Shown here piece after piece: positions 19,671 through 29,693 of a stretch of DNA of 37,731 nt. The DNA lies in assembly GCA_018672235.1 (NCBI GenBank), contig JABHGE010000020.1:1-37731 (forward strand), in the 5' to 3' direction. Made by a program: the position numbers and the translations under genes. Within the stretch, counting starts at the first letter, position 1. Each line of letters opens with the position of its first letter. The notes under the pieces are model-generated. The model was not told where the DNA came from. It did no database searches and worked only from the letters and a program-made list of their open reading frames with translations. Origin of the DNA: Fidelibacterota bacterium. Lineage in GTDB: Bacteria; Fidelibacterota; Marinisomatia; Marinisomatales; Marinisomataceae.

Positions 19671-21036
19671 AGATAGGAACCTTAGTAGTGAATACGGTTC
19701 TTTCATTTAACTTTGAACTATATACTATCTTTCCGGATGGTAAAATTATTCCTGAAATACCTGTATTTGCACTTTGAATAACCGGGACTCTCTGTTCGAC
19801 GGCTCTTAACCTTGCTAATTCAAAATGTTGATATGGCATGAACTGACCCACATAAGAATCGTTTGTGATTATAAAAAGTATTTCTGCTCCATTGTTAACC
19901 ATATTTTTTACAATCTGAGGACTACTGGAATCGTAACAAATCAAAATTGAAGCTTTGAAATCTTTTATATCAAAAACTTTATAATTAGAACCTGGAGTAA
20001 AACTTCCTATATCGTCAAATTGATTCATCTTATTAATCCAACTCTTAAAGAATGGAACATATTCAGCAAATGGTACTAAAAATATTTTTTGATAAGTATC
20101 AAAAGATCCATCTGGTTTCAAAATTATAGAGCTATTAAAGCTTTCATTCTTATCGTCAATATATTTTCTTTCGGGTATTCCAGTGATCAAATAAGTATCA
20201 GATAATTTTTCTTGATATCTAATCCTATCATAGGCATTATTTGCTAAAAATGATGTAACAGCCACCTCTGGCCAAACAATAACGTCTGCATCATCTTCTA
20301 AAGATTTTGTTAATAAAGAATCCATAATTGCAAGATTTCTCAATCTCAAATTTGGATTCCATTTTTCATCCGGAAAAATAGATGGCTGACCTATCGATAT
20401 ATTTACTGAGGTCTCTATCAATCTATTATTCTGGTGATTAATATTGTAGCTGCCAAAAAGTAAAACAGAGAATAGTATCAAAATAAAATATCTGAAGAAT
20501 ACAGTTTTCTTATCTACAAAATATTTATACAGTATGAGATTAAATAAAATAACAAAAAATGAAATTGCATGGGTCTCTATGCTGGCTAATTGAATAATTC
20601 TTATGTATCCAGACTGTGTTAATGATAGATTCATCCATGGACCTGCTAAGGGACCAATATTTCTTAAAAATTCAACAAAGAATATCCAAGAAAAAGGGAT
20701 TAGTACTAATTCCATTTTCTTTGGAATAAAATGAATAGAAACAATAAATGCCATCCAAAAAAGAGTTAGATATAAAGATAATGCTAAATAGGATATAATT
20801 GATATTACTGCTGATGTACCAGAATTTAAACCCATCCAATTTAAAATAATAAGATTGCTAACAAGGCAGGCTATAAATGCAAATAATAATTTCTGGCTAA
20901 TTTTTTTCTCTTTTGATGTGCTATAAAAAAGAGGAATGAAGGCTACCCAAGCAAGAAATCCAAAATTAAAGGGTGGATATGCAAGACCTAATAATAACCC
21001 CGAAACTATTGGAAGTATTAGTTTGTCTATTTTCAT
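19663..21036 (-). CDS. lnt: apolipoprotein N-acyltransferase
   Basis: Multiple N-terminal TM segments, nitrilase triad motifs VWPE, K in YQKIFLVPFAEYVP, ICYD, plus TND and RAVE. Confidence 0.95.
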   Translation of the reverse strand: MKIDKLILPIVSGLLLGLAYPPFNFGFLAWVAFIPLFYSTSKEKKISQKLLFAFIACLVSNLIILNWMGLNSGTSAVISIISYLALSLYLTLFWMAFIVSIHFIPKKMELVLIPFSWIFFVEFLRNIGPLAGPWMNLSLTQSGYIRIIQLASIETHAISFFVILFNLILYKYFVDKKTVFFRYFILILFSVLLFGSYNINHQNNRLIETSVNISIGQPSIFPDEKWNPNLRLRNLAIMDSLLTKSLEDDADVIVWPEVAVTSFLANNAYDRIRYQEKLSDTYLITGIPERKYIDDKNESFNSSIILKPDGSFDTYQKIFLVPFAEYVPFFKSWINKMNQFDDIGSFTPGSNYKVFDIKDFKASILICYDSSSPQIVKNMVNNGAEILFIITNDSYVGQFMPYQHFELARLRAVEQRVPVIQSANTGISGIILPSGKIVYSSKLNERTVFTTKVPIYE

Positions 21037-21446
21037 TATTTCTTTCTATCGAGATAAGTTTGAAGAATAATAGAAGCAGATAAAATATCAACCATTTCTT
21101 TATTGTGACCAGTTTTAATATTTTGCTGTATCATAATTTTTTTAGCATATTGACTAGATAGTCTTTCGTCTTCTAAATGTATTTCAAAATCATTCTCTTC
21201 CATCACTGTTTTAAATTTATCAATTATATCAGTCATTTTATTTTCTTTATAATTCATATTCAATGGATATCCAATAACTAATGTTTTAACATTTTTCTCT
21301 GATGCAATTTTTTTTAAACTTTCTACTAAATCTTTTTGCTGTTTATAGCGAATAACCTCTAAGGGCATAGATATAATTCCCGATGGATCTGAAATTGCTA
21401 CACCTACCTTAGATAAGCCAAAATCTATTCCTATGATCCTATTCAT
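21036..21446 (-). CDS. ruvX: YqgF/RuvX family nuclease
   Basis: IGIDFGLSKVGVAISDP, VIGYP, DERLSS, D..SA.IILQ. Confidence 0.94.
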   Translation of the reverse strand: MNRIIGIDFGLSKVGVAISDPSGIISMPLEVIRYKQQKDLVESLKKIASEKNVKTLVIGYPLNMNYKENKMTDIIDKFKTVMEENDFEIHLEDERLSSQYAKKIMIQQNIKTGHNKEMVDILSASIILQTYLDRKK

Positions 21447-21448
21447 AC

Positions 21449-23614
21449 CTAAGAATACACTCTTTCAACAGAATCTATATTATTTAATTTTGAAATAGAT
21501 TTCATAATCATTTTCAATTGATTGAGGTCTTCAATCTTACAAATAATCCATATATTTGCTAAACCTCCTTCTGTAACATCCGTCTTAACATCTAATATAT
21601 TTATCTTCTTTTTTGAGATTGTATCAGTAATCTCATTTAAAACTCCAGAAGAGTCAATGCAGGTAATATGAATCTTTACTTTAAAGGAAATATTTTTCTT
21701 TGTATCCCAGCTAACGGAAACAATTCTGTCATTGGACTCAGATAGTGAAGATAGGTTTGAGCAAGACAATCTATGCACAATAAGACCTCTCCCTCTAGAT
21801 ATATAGCCTATTACATTATCACCTGGAATTGGATTACAACATTTCCCATAATCAACAACTAGATTTTTTACTCCATCTAAACTAATTCCTTCAAAATCAG
21901 ATCTAGCTGAGTCTATAAACTCTTTATCTTTTGATACTTTTTCTGGAGCAGTCTTAATATCTGGAAATATTTTTGCTATAATATCCTTTACAGTGGATCC
22001 GCCTCTACCTAAATCTGACAATAGTTCATTAAAATTTTTATATCCTATATCAATAGAACCTTTCTTAACATCATAAAGCTTATCATAAATTTTTAATTTT
22101 CTTAAGTGTTTTTCAAGTAGATGATTTCCTATTTTTATACTTTCTTCAAGCTCAATTTTTCTAAGATATTTTCCAATTGCATGTGATGCTTTTGAAGTTT
22201 TTACAAAACTCAACCAACCGCTATTCGGTTTTTGGTCTTTGCTAGTCTCCATCTCTACTATATCTCCGCTATTGAGCTTATAGCTCAAAGGAACAAGTTT
22301 TTTATTTACTTTCGCTCTCACACAAGAAAAACCGAGTCCACTATGTATTGCAAAAGCAAAGTCTAGGGGAGTTGAATCAACTGGAAGTTTTATTAAATCT
22401 CCAGTTGGGGTAAAAATAAAAATTTCATCCTCAAACATATCAATCTTTAAGAATTCGATAAGCTCTTCTGGGTCCGTATTATCACTAGTCATCATAGTTA
22501 CTAGATCTCTTAGCCAAGGAATCTGCTCATCAAAATTTTCCATATCAGAATTACCTTTATACAACCAGTGTGCAGCTACACCAACTTCAGCTGTGTAATC
22601 CATATCTTTTGTTCGAATTTGAACTTCAGTCAATCTATTATCTTTAGTCATAACTGTAGTGTGTATAGATTGATATCCATTGGTTTTAGGTGTAGCGATA
22701 AAGTCTTTAAAACGCTCTTGTACTGGTGGGTATATACTATGAACAACACCTAATGCAAGATAGCATTCTTCTATTTTATTTACGACAATTCTAATAGCAT
22801 ATAGATCATATATATCTTCAAATTTTTTATTTTTTAATTCTATTTTTCTATTAATAGAAGATATTGACTTATATCTACCTGAAATTTCAGATTTTATTTT
22901 ATATGACTCCAATTCTTCTTTAATGGGAAGAATAGTCGATTCTAAAATCTTTTGATTTAATTTTGAAGAACCTTCAATTTTCTTCTTAATACTATTATAA
23001 GATTTTATATCTAAACATTTTAAAATTAAATCTTCAAATTTCCATTTAAGACTTGCCATACCAAGCCTATGGGCTAAAGGAACAAAGATTTCTTTTGTCT
23101 CCAATGCAATCTCTTTACGCTTCTTAGGAGATAAGTATTCAATAGTCTCCATATTATTTAAACGATCTGCAAATTTGATAATAATCACTCTGAGATCTTT
23201 AGCGAGAGAAAGAAATAATTTAGTAAAATTTTCGGCTTGCTTATGCTCCAAAGACCTAAAAGCGATATGGTCAATTTTAGTTACTCCGTCAACAAGAAAA
23301 GCTACATCACTCCCAAATTCTTTATCGATATCAATCAAAGATACTGTAGTGTCTTCTACGACATCATGTAGCAATGCGCTAATGATAGTTGTATAGTCCA
23401 TATTCCAATCCAATAGAATATTAGCAACATCTATACAATGACTAACATAAGGAACACCAGACTTTCTTTTTTGACCTTCATGCATCTTAATAGAAAAATC
23501 TAAAGCATTTTTTATAATTACTTTATTTTTTTTTAACGGAATTCTATCAATAAGATTATTGCTTTTTTTACTTATTAAATCTTCGTGAAGATTCTCATCT
23601 ATTGAAGTTTCCAT
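21449..23614 (-). CDS. rel: bifunctional (p)ppGpp synthetase/hydrolase (long RSH, Rel/SpoT)
   Basis: HD motif ALLHDVVED, ADRL, RFKD, NGYQSIHT, EVQIRT, TGS (DFAFAIHS), CC and ACT domains. Confidence 0.95.
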   Translation of the reverse strand: METSIDENLHEDLISKKSNNLIDRIPLKKNKVIIKNALDFSIKMHEGQKRKSGVPYVSHCIDVANILLDWNMDYTTIISALLHDVVEDTTVSLIDIDKEFGSDVAFLVDGVTKIDHIAFRSLEHKQAENFTKLFLSLAKDLRVIIIKFADRLNNMETIEYLSPKKRKEIALETKEIFVPLAHRLGMASLKWKFEDLILKCLDIKSYNSIKKKIEGSSKLNQKILESTILPIKEELESYKIKSEISGRYKSISSINRKIELKNKKFEDIYDLYAIRIVVNKIEECYLALGVVHSIYPPVQERFKDFIATPKTNGYQSIHTTVMTKDNRLTEVQIRTKDMDYTAEVGVAAHWLYKGNSDMENFDEQIPWLRDLVTMMTSDNTDPEELIEFLKIDMFEDEIFIFTPTGDLIKLPVDSTPLDFAFAIHSGLGFSCVRAKVNKKLVPLSYKLNSGDIVEMETSKDQKPNSGWLSFVKTSKASHAIGKYLRKIELEESIKIGNHLLEKHLRKLKIYDKLYDVKKGSIDIGYKNFNELLSDLGRGGSTVKDIIAKIFPDIKTAPEKVSKDKEFIDSARSDFEGISLDGVKNLVVDYGKCCNPIPGDNVIGYISRGRGLIVHRLSCSNLSSLSESNDRIVSVSWDTKKNISFKVKIHITCIDSSGVLNEITDTISKKKINILDVKTDVTEGGLANIWIICKIEDLNQLKMIMKSISKLNNIDSVERVYS

Positions 23615-24975
23615 TATTGACTCATGTCATTAGATTCGAAAAAATCAGAATAATTTTCAAATCTTGTATATGCATCTACGAATGTAGCTCTCACGGTTTT
23701 GGTAGGGCCGTTTCTTTGTTTTGCGACAATTAAAAATGCTAATCCCTTTTCTTCATCTTTCTCATTATATACATAAGGACGATAAAGAAAAATTACAACA
23801 TCTGCATCTTGTTCAATTGCACCACTCTCTCTAAGGTCTGATAATTGAGGTCTTTTATCTGTCCTTGATTCTACAGCTCTGGAAAGCTGAGAAAGGGCAA
23901 TGATAGGAATATCTAATTCTTTAGCAAGAGCTTTCAAGGATTGGGTAATAGATGAGATTTCATACTGCCTGTTTTCAGTTTTAGGTCCCTGCATTAATTG
24001 AAGATAATCAACAACAATCAATTCAATATCTCTTTCTCTTTTTAGTCTTCTTGCTCTTGATCTTAAATCTAAAATTGAAAGGGCCGGTGTATCATCTATA
24101 TACAGAGGAGCCTGTGCTAATTTACCAGAAGCAATATTAATATTTTTCCATTTTGATGCAGCCAATCGTCCACTTCTTGCTTCTGATTGATCTATCTTAG
24201 CTTCAGATGAAAGAAGTCTTGTGCCTAATTGGTCGCTTGACATCTCAAGACTAAAGATAGCTACAGGTGACTTATTCTCTAATGCAGCATTCCTAGCTAT
24301 AGATAGCGCCAAAGCTGTTTTACCCATTGCAGGTCTACCTGCAATAATAATTAAATCACTTTTTTGGAATCCAGCAGTTACTTTATCTAAATCGATAATA
24401 CCTGATGGAACACCAGTAGTGCCGCCTGGATTAGCAGCAATACCTTCTAATCTTTTTACTGTTTCGGCTAAAATTGGCTCAATATGTGAATAAATTTTAG
24501 TATCTTTTTGTTCTGTAAGGTTAAATATAGATTGTTCAGCTTCATCTAGAATAGATCCAACAGCATCTCCTGCATCAAATGCCTTTTTAGAGATTTTATG
24601 TGAAGCAGAAATTAAATCACGAAGCATACCTTTTTCTTTTACTATCTTAGCGTATACTTCAATGTTTGCGGAAGTAGGAACTTTATCTACTAAACCAGTT
24701 AAATAATATAATCCTCCTACAGATTTTAATGATTTAGTTTTCTTTAGTTCGTCAGATACAGAAACTGTATCGATGGGACTATTTTTAGATGACAAGGAAA
24801 GCATTGCCTCAAAAATCTTTCTATGAGAATCTTTATAAAAATAATGACTAGATCCCAATAGAGTTATTGCTCTATTAGTAGCATCTTCGTCAATCATCAT
24901 AGAGCCAAGAACAGCTTCTTCTGCTTCTATAGCCTGTGGCTGTAAATTTAAATCGTTATTTTTACTATTTGCCAT
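23614..24975 (-). CDS. dnaB: replicative DNA helicase
   Basis: AEEAVLG, GRPAMGKT, FSLEM, VDYLQLM, LSQLSR, DLRESGAIEQDAD, KQRNG. No intein. Confidence 0.98.
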   Translation of the reverse strand: MANSKNNDLNLQPQAIEAEEAVLGSMMIDEDATNRAITLLGSSHYFYKDSHRKIFEAMLSLSSKNSPIDTVSVSDELKKTKSLKSVGGLYYLTGLVDKVPTSANIEVYAKIVKEKGMLRDLISASHKISKKAFDAGDAVGSILDEAEQSIFNLTEQKDTKIYSHIEPILAETVKRLEGIAANPGGTTGVPSGIIDLDKVTAGFQKSDLIIIAGRPAMGKTALALSIARNAALENKSPVAIFSLEMSSDQLGTRLLSSEAKIDQSEARSGRLAASKWKNINIASGKLAQAPLYIDDTPALSILDLRSRARRLKRERDIELIVVDYLQLMQGPKTENRQYEISSITQSLKALAKELDIPIIALSQLSRAVESRTDKRPQLSDLRESGAIEQDADVVIFLYRPYVYNEKDEEKGLAFLIVAKQRNGPTKTVRATFVDAYTRFENYSDFFESNDMSQ

Positions 24976-24993
24976 TTTCTTTAAAATTTGTAT

Positions 24994-25014
24994 TTATCCA
25001 CATACTTTCAACAT
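24994..25014. promoter_or_regulatory. perfect DnaA box (TTATCCACA, 24994-25002) plus adjacent degenerate box (CTTTCAACA, 25006-25014) in the dnaB leader
   Basis: Exact match to the consensus TTATCCACA 18 nt upstream of the dnaB ATG, with a same-orientation weaker box 3 nt away. Confidence 0.65.
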
Positions 25015-25034
25015 TGTTAAATTGCTTCTTTATT

Positions 25035-25063
25035 AGATTAGCAATCTTTTTGACATGTGACAA
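25035..25063 (-). promoter_or_regulatory. putative sigma70 promoter for the dnaB operon
   Basis: Minus strand TTGTCA-17 nt-TAATCT with an extended -10 TG (TGcTAATCT). Confidence 0.55.
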
Positions 25064-25118
25064 GTTAATCCTTTATATAATCTTTATTTTTTTTGAGACT
25101 TATTATTATGAATATTGA

Positions 25119-25889
25119 TTATATAGCCCAGTCTATAGGTCCTTTACCCTGACTTACTAAATAGTCATTGGTTTTAGAGAAATGCTTACAACCTAAAAAT
25201 CCGTTATATGCTGACAATGGTGAGGGATGCGCTGAAGAAAGAATACAATGAATATCTTCGTTTACAATAGAACTAAGAGACTGTGCCTGTTTACCCCACA
25301 GTATAAATACTACATTTTTTGATTCCTTAGATATGGCTTCAATAGCTGCTTTAGTAAATATCTCCCATCCTAGATTTTTATGTGAATTAGCTTCATTAGC
25401 TTCAACAGTTAACACCGTATTCAATAACAAAACTCCTTGATTTGCCCAAGATTGCAAATTGCCAGTATTCGGAATAGGTATATTCAAGTCTGAATTTAGC
25501 TCTTTATATATATTCTGTAAGCTAGCAGGTATCTTAGTGTCTTTTTCTACACTAAAAGATAGGCCATGTGCTTGTCCAGCTCCATGATATGGATCCTGAC
25601 CTATAATAACTACCTTAACTTGATCAAATGGAGTAGAATTAAAAGCGTTGAATACTTTTTTAGCATTCGGATATATTACTTTTGTTTTATAAAGATTGCG
25701 GACACTACCTGTTAATGATTTCCAGTAATCTTTTGAAAATTCATTTTGAAGTACATCGTACCATGTATCATGAATCATTACAGTTTTTGATGTTTTAGAT
25801 TTTTTGGTTAATTCTAGAAAAATCTCTTTGCCAAATAATTCTTTGTTTTGGGAGAGATATTGTTTTTTTATACTGAGATTACTGGTCAA
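25119..25889 (-). CDS. ung: uracil-DNA glycosylase family 1; start uncertain (ATG 25778 gives 219 aa, TTG 25889 adds a 37-aa N-terminal extension)
   Basis: VKVVIIGQDPYHG, GLSFSV, PASLQNIYKEL, WANQGVLLLN, HPSPLS, PIDW. Confidence 0.93.
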   Translation of the reverse strand: MTSNLSIKKQYLSQNKELFGKEIFLELTKKSKTSKTVMIHDTWYDVLQNEFSKDYWKSLTGSVRNLYKTKVIYPNAKKVFNAFNSTPFDQVKVVIIGQDPYHGAGQAHGLSFSVEKDTKIPASLQNIYKELNSDLNIPIPNTGNLQSWANQGVLLLNTVLTVEANEANSHKNLGWEIFTKAAIEAISKESKNVVFILWGKQAQSLSSIVNEDIHCILSSAHPSPLSAYNGFLGCKHFSKTNDYLVSQGKGPIDWAI

Positions 25890-26169
25890 TTGATTCGTCT
25901 GATTTTTTCCAATCAATTTTCCCATCTAAAAATTCATTTAGGGCAATACTTGTAACTTTTTCTTCTTTGTCATAATCAATATACTCTCTTACAACAGGAT
26001 CTGCAAAAATACCTTCATCATCTACTAATTCTTCGTTGTCATTAATCATTTGTTTTACAACACGATCTTGTAAGATCTGTCTTGCTCTTTTAGATGAAAC
26101 GAGCACTGCCTCATAGATATCATCGGTCTTTTTTAATAATTTTTTAAAAGAAATTGCGCTAACTGCCAT
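25879..26169 (-). CDS. rpoZ: RNA polymerase omega subunit (FCB-group type)
   Basis: IYEAVLVSSKRARQI and ALNEFLDGKI. Follows gmk. Confidence 0.85.
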   Translation of the reverse strand: MAVSAISFKKLLKKTDDIYEAVLVSSKRARQILQDRVVKQMINDNEELVDDEGIFADPVVREYIDYDKEEKVTSIALNEFLDGKIDWKKSDESIDQ

Positions 26170-26172
26170 TTT

Positions 26173-26733
26173 TTAATCCTTTTTTGTGAATGAAATAATC
26201 ATTTTTTTTATCTTTTCAAACGTGGTTTCGAAATTATCATTAATAAGCGTATAGTCAAATTCTTTTTTTAAATTGTCTTCTTCTCCAAATCTACTCAATC
26301 TTTTTTCAATTTCGTCAGCAGACTCTGTTGATCTATTTACCAATCTAGTTCTTAATTCCTCTAAATTGGGTGGTGAAAGAAAAATAGATATTGTATTTGA
26401 TGGGTATATTTTTTTAAGACTTAAGGCCCCCTTTACATCTAATTCTAAAAAAAGAGAATTATCTTTTTCTATATATCCCTTCAAGCTATCTAATGGTGTT
26501 CCGTATAAATCTCCATGCACATTTTCATATTCAAGGAATTTTTCTTGGTCAATCATATCCCGGAATTGTTCTTTTGATATAAATAAGTAATGCACTCCAT
26601 CAATTTCATACTTTCTTTTCTTTCGAGTAGTACATGAAACTGAAATATCCATATTCAAATCACGGGAAAGTAATTCCAACAATGTTGTTTTTCCTGAACC
26701 TGATGATCCTGATATCACAAAGAAATTTTTCAT
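26173..26733 (-). CDS. gmk: guanylate kinase
   Basis: SGSSGSGKTT, SVSCTTRKKR, GVHYLF, YGTP, LDVKGA. Confidence 0.97.
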   Translation of the reverse strand: MKNFFVISGSSGSGKTTLLELLSRDLNMDISVSCTTRKKRKYEIDGVHYLFISKEQFRDMIDQEKFLEYENVHGDLYGTPLDSLKGYIEKDNSLFLELDVKGALSLKKIYPSNTISIFLSPPNLEELRTRLVNRSTESADEIEKRLSRFGEEDNLKKEFDYTLINDNFETTFEKIKKMIISFTKKD

Positions 26734-27533
26734 AAAATATTACTCACTTGCTCTCTTAATTTTTCTGCCTGCATTTTTAAACTTATTGCATATTTAGCAA
26801 TATTTTTATCTAAAAATTTAGATAAAATTGTATTCGACTCTCTATTAATCTCTTGCAGTATAAAACTTATTTTTTTTCCCGAAATATCTTTTGAATTCAC
26901 AGAAAGAATTATTTGATTAAAGTGACTATTTGTTCTGTCAATTTCTTCAGTTACATCAAGTTTTTCTAACTCTTCAATTTTAGATTCATTTGCTGCCTTC
27001 GAATTAACTTTCTTCTTCACTGATTTTGAATAAATAGATTCAATTTTTTTTAAATCTTTCTTCGCAATAGAGATATATTTCATAAACTCTTTTTCAATAG
27101 ACTTACCTTCTTTGAGTCTCATACCTAAAACCTGGTCTGTTGCAATCTTAATTGCTTTTAATACCTTACCTTCTATTGATTTAGGTAAGGTTCTAAAACT
27201 CATAATATCATTATTTCTAAGTAGATGGCTATAATTTAAATCTAAATTATACTCGCTCTCTATTTCTCTATATGAATTCAAAATACTTTCTAATTTATGC
27301 TTATTTAGTTTTAATTGATTTTTAGAATCAATTTTAACGGTCAAATTGATTGAACCTCTTTTAAGTTTATTTTTTAGAAAAGTTCTTATTTTATACTCTG
27401 ACTCTCCAGACAAATCGAAAGATCTGGTATTTAATTCAAAGTATCTTGAATTAAATGACTTGAGCTCTACGTTTATAACGACGCTACTATCTTCATAGTG
27501 CCCAACACCAAAACCTGTCATACTTACTAGCAT
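26730..27533 (-). CDS. yicC: YicC/YloC family endoribonuclease
   Basis: SMTGFG, ELKSFNSRYFE, DVTEEIDR..SH, FILQEINRESNTI.SK, LREQVSN. Upstream of gmk. Confidence 0.9.
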   Translation of the reverse strand: MLVSMTGFGVGHYEDSSVVINVELKSFNSRYFELNTRSFDLSGESEYKIRTFLKNKLKRGSINLTVKIDSKNQLKLNKHKLESILNSYREIESEYNLDLNYSHLLRNNDIMSFRTLPKSIEGKVLKAIKIATDQVLGMRLKEGKSIEKEFMKYISIAKKDLKKIESIYSKSVKKKVNSKAANESKIEELEKLDVTEEIDRTNSHFNQIILSVNSKDISGKKISFILQEINRESNTILSKFLDKNIAKYAISLKMQAEKLREQVSNIL

Positions 27534-28675
27534 TACACCTCTACTGTCTCTTTGTTTTTATACAATAAATATAGTAAAAAAATTCCTACTGGAAATAATA
27601 TCGAAAATATAGGGAAAATTAATTCAAAACTATATAAATCTGCAATTAATCCTCCTAACCCAGCAACAAGACCTGATACTCCAAACATTAAAAAGAAATT
27701 TAGTCCAAATACCACTGAGCGAATTTTTGCGGTAGTGATATCTTTAATAATTGAGTTAATCAAGGGTTGAATAGAGTACATAAAGACAGCCAATAAGACT
27801 GAAACTGCAATTAACGAAAAATTACTTAAAAAATATGTAGCAATGAATAATGGACACAACACCATTAAAACGATTGATAGTAATTTTATCCTATTAAACT
27901 TATCTCCAAAAAATCCTGATAATACTTGTCCAAAAATTCCACATATTAAAATTCCTGATACATATAAGTTTGACTGCTCTCCAATAGCAACTTTGAAAAC
28001 AGATGGAATAAAAGTATTAAAAATTGTAAACACTATTCCTACTATTAGAGATATAAGGGAGAATATTTTTAACATCTTTAATTGATTCCCCATTTTAAAG
28101 TCTAGCATATTCAGTGATTCTTTTTTTTTGACTTTAGAAATGACAAAATAGGTTATAGGTGCAATTATTAAATTAAAGATAGCTATGAGAAAGAATGAAA
28201 ATTGCCAATCAAAATTAGTAATTGCATAATAGCATAGCAATGGCCCAATAGATACACCTAAGCTTCCAAAGACGCCATGAAATGCATTTGCTTTTGATAT
28301 ATTCTCATCAAATACTTCCGATATAAGAGTTAACGATACAGGATGATGAATACTTGCAAAAAGACCTAAAAAAATATTAAAGATTGCAAAGCTTTCAATA
28401 CTTTGAGAATTAGATGCTAAAAAAGCGGTAATAAAGATTCCTACTTGAGAAAAAACAAGCAATACTCTAGGTCCATATTTGTTATACAATAAGGACATAG
28501 GTAAAGAACCAAGGCCAAAACAAAAACTACTAATACTAAAAATTAATCCGAGAGATGATGCAGTAAGATCATAAAAATTGATCAAATTGATAAACATGCT
28601 TGGAATTAACATCATTACAATATGGACAGACATGTGAGATAAGCTTAGAACAAATAGTAAGGTACTATAAATCAA
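27533..28675 (-). CDS. MFS transporter
   Basis: About 12 hydrophobic segments, motif-A-like NKYGPR and GFFGDKFNR, S.HHP motif. TTG start. Confidence 0.85.
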   Translation of the reverse strand: MIYSTLLFVLSLSHMSVHIVMMLIPSMFINLINFYDLTASSLGLIFSISSFCFGLGSLPMSLLYNKYGPRVLLVFSQVGIFITAFLASNSQSIESFAIFNIFLGLFASIHHPVSLTLISEVFDENISKANAFHGVFGSLGVSIGPLLCYYAITNFDWQFSFFLIAIFNLIIAPITYFVISKVKKKESLNMLDFKMGNQLKMLKIFSLISLIVGIVFTIFNTFIPSVFKVAIGEQSNLYVSGILICGIFGQVLSGFFGDKFNRIKLLSIVLMVLCPLFIATYFLSNFSLIAVSVLLAVFMYSIQPLINSIIKDITTAKIRSVVFGLNFFLMFGVSGLVAGLGGLIADLYSFELIFPIFSILFPVGIFLLYLLYKNKETVEV

Positions 28676-28678
28676 TCT

Positions 28679-29002
28679 TTATTTTTTTTCAGCCAATCTT
28701 GCTGCTTTACCAGAAAGACCTCTTAAATAATAAAGCTTTGCTCTTCTCACTTTATTGACTCTATCCACTTTAATGGAAGCGATAACAGGTGAATGAAGAG
28801 GAAATATTCTCTCAACTCCTATACCATCAGACATTTTTCTAATAGTAATAGTTTCTGCGATACCAGAGCCTTTACGTGCAATGACAGTGCCTTTAAAAAG
28901 CTGTTGTCTAACTTTTGTTCCTTCTCTTACATTAACATTGATAGATAATGTATCTCCGGTCTTAAAATCTGGAATATCGTCTCTTAAGTTATCTTTAATC
29001 AT
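28679..29002 (-). CDS. rplS: 50S ribosomal protein L19
   Basis: [33 protein letters not shown]. Confidence 0.98.
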   Translation of the reverse strand: MIKDNLRDDIPDFKTGDTLSINVNVREGTKVRQQLFKGTVIARKGSGIAETITIRKMSDGIGVERIFPLHSPVIASIKVDRVNKVRRAKLYYLRGLSGKAARLAEKK

Positions 29003-29693
29003 TTAATTTTTTATACTTTCTCCAAAGATCAGGTCTCCTGTCTTTGGTTATTTCAATTTTTTTCTTCTTTTTCCAATCTTTAATAGACTTGTGATTGCCT
29101 GATAATAGCACATCTGGCACTTTTAATCCATCTATTTGATTAGGACGCGTAAAATAAGGAGCATCAAGTAAATCGTCAACAAAAGAATCTGTCATTGCGG
29201 AATTTAAATTGTTTAATACTCCAGGTACTAAACGGACAATAGAGTCAAATACAATCATAGAAGATAATTCGCCGTTTGAAATAATATAATCTCCAATAGA
29301 TATTTCAAGATCTACATATTTATCAATAATTCTTTCATCTAACCCCTTGTAATGACCGCAAATAAATATTAATACTTCTTCTTTGCTCAGCTCAGATGAA
29401 ATAGAATGATTTAACATTTCTCCTCTTGGAGATGGAAAAATAATTCTTGGCTTACTGTCAGACTTAGATATACAATAATCAATTGCATCAAAAAATGGCT
29501 GGCACATCATGACCATTCCACTTCCTCCGCCATAAGGTTCATCGTCTATTTTTTTATAAGAGTCTTTGGTAAAATCTCTAGGATTAACAATGTCAATATT
29601 TACTAATCCCTTCTTAACTCCTTGATTAGCAATATTATTTTCGACTAAAGTCTTGATTGACTCAGGAAAGGGTGTAATAAAAAAAATATTCAT
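28995..29693 (-). CDS. trmD: tRNA (guanine-N1)-methyltransferase
   Basis: [41 protein letters not shown]. Confidence 0.97.
   Translation of the reverse strand: MNIFFITPFPESIKTLVENNIANQGVKKGLVNIDIVNPRDFTKDSYKKIDDEPYGGGSGMVMMCQPFFDAIDYCISKSDSKPRIIFPSPRGEMLNHSISSELSKEEVLIFICGHYKGLDERIIDKYVDLEISIGDYIISNGELSSMIVFDSIVRLVPGVLNNLNSAMTDSFVDDLLDAPYFTRPNQIDGLKVPDVLLSGNHKSIKDWKKKKKIEITKDRRPDLWRKYKKLND

Noticed and set aside
25050..25081. Plus-strand TTGACA...TATAAT antisense promoter
   Set aside because: The hexamers are 20 nt apart, outside the 16-18 nt range, and chance matches are likely in AT-rich DNA.
24976..25118. Intergenic region as oriC
   Set aside because: It has only one perfect and one weak DnaA box, there is no dnaA/dnaN nearby, and gene orientation does not switch across it. 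It cannot be fully excluded without genome-wide skew.
25819..25860. Imperfect hairpin with T-tract between rpoZ and ung as a terminator or ncRNA
   Set aside because: The stem is weak and bulged, and the open Ung frame through this region explains it at least as well.
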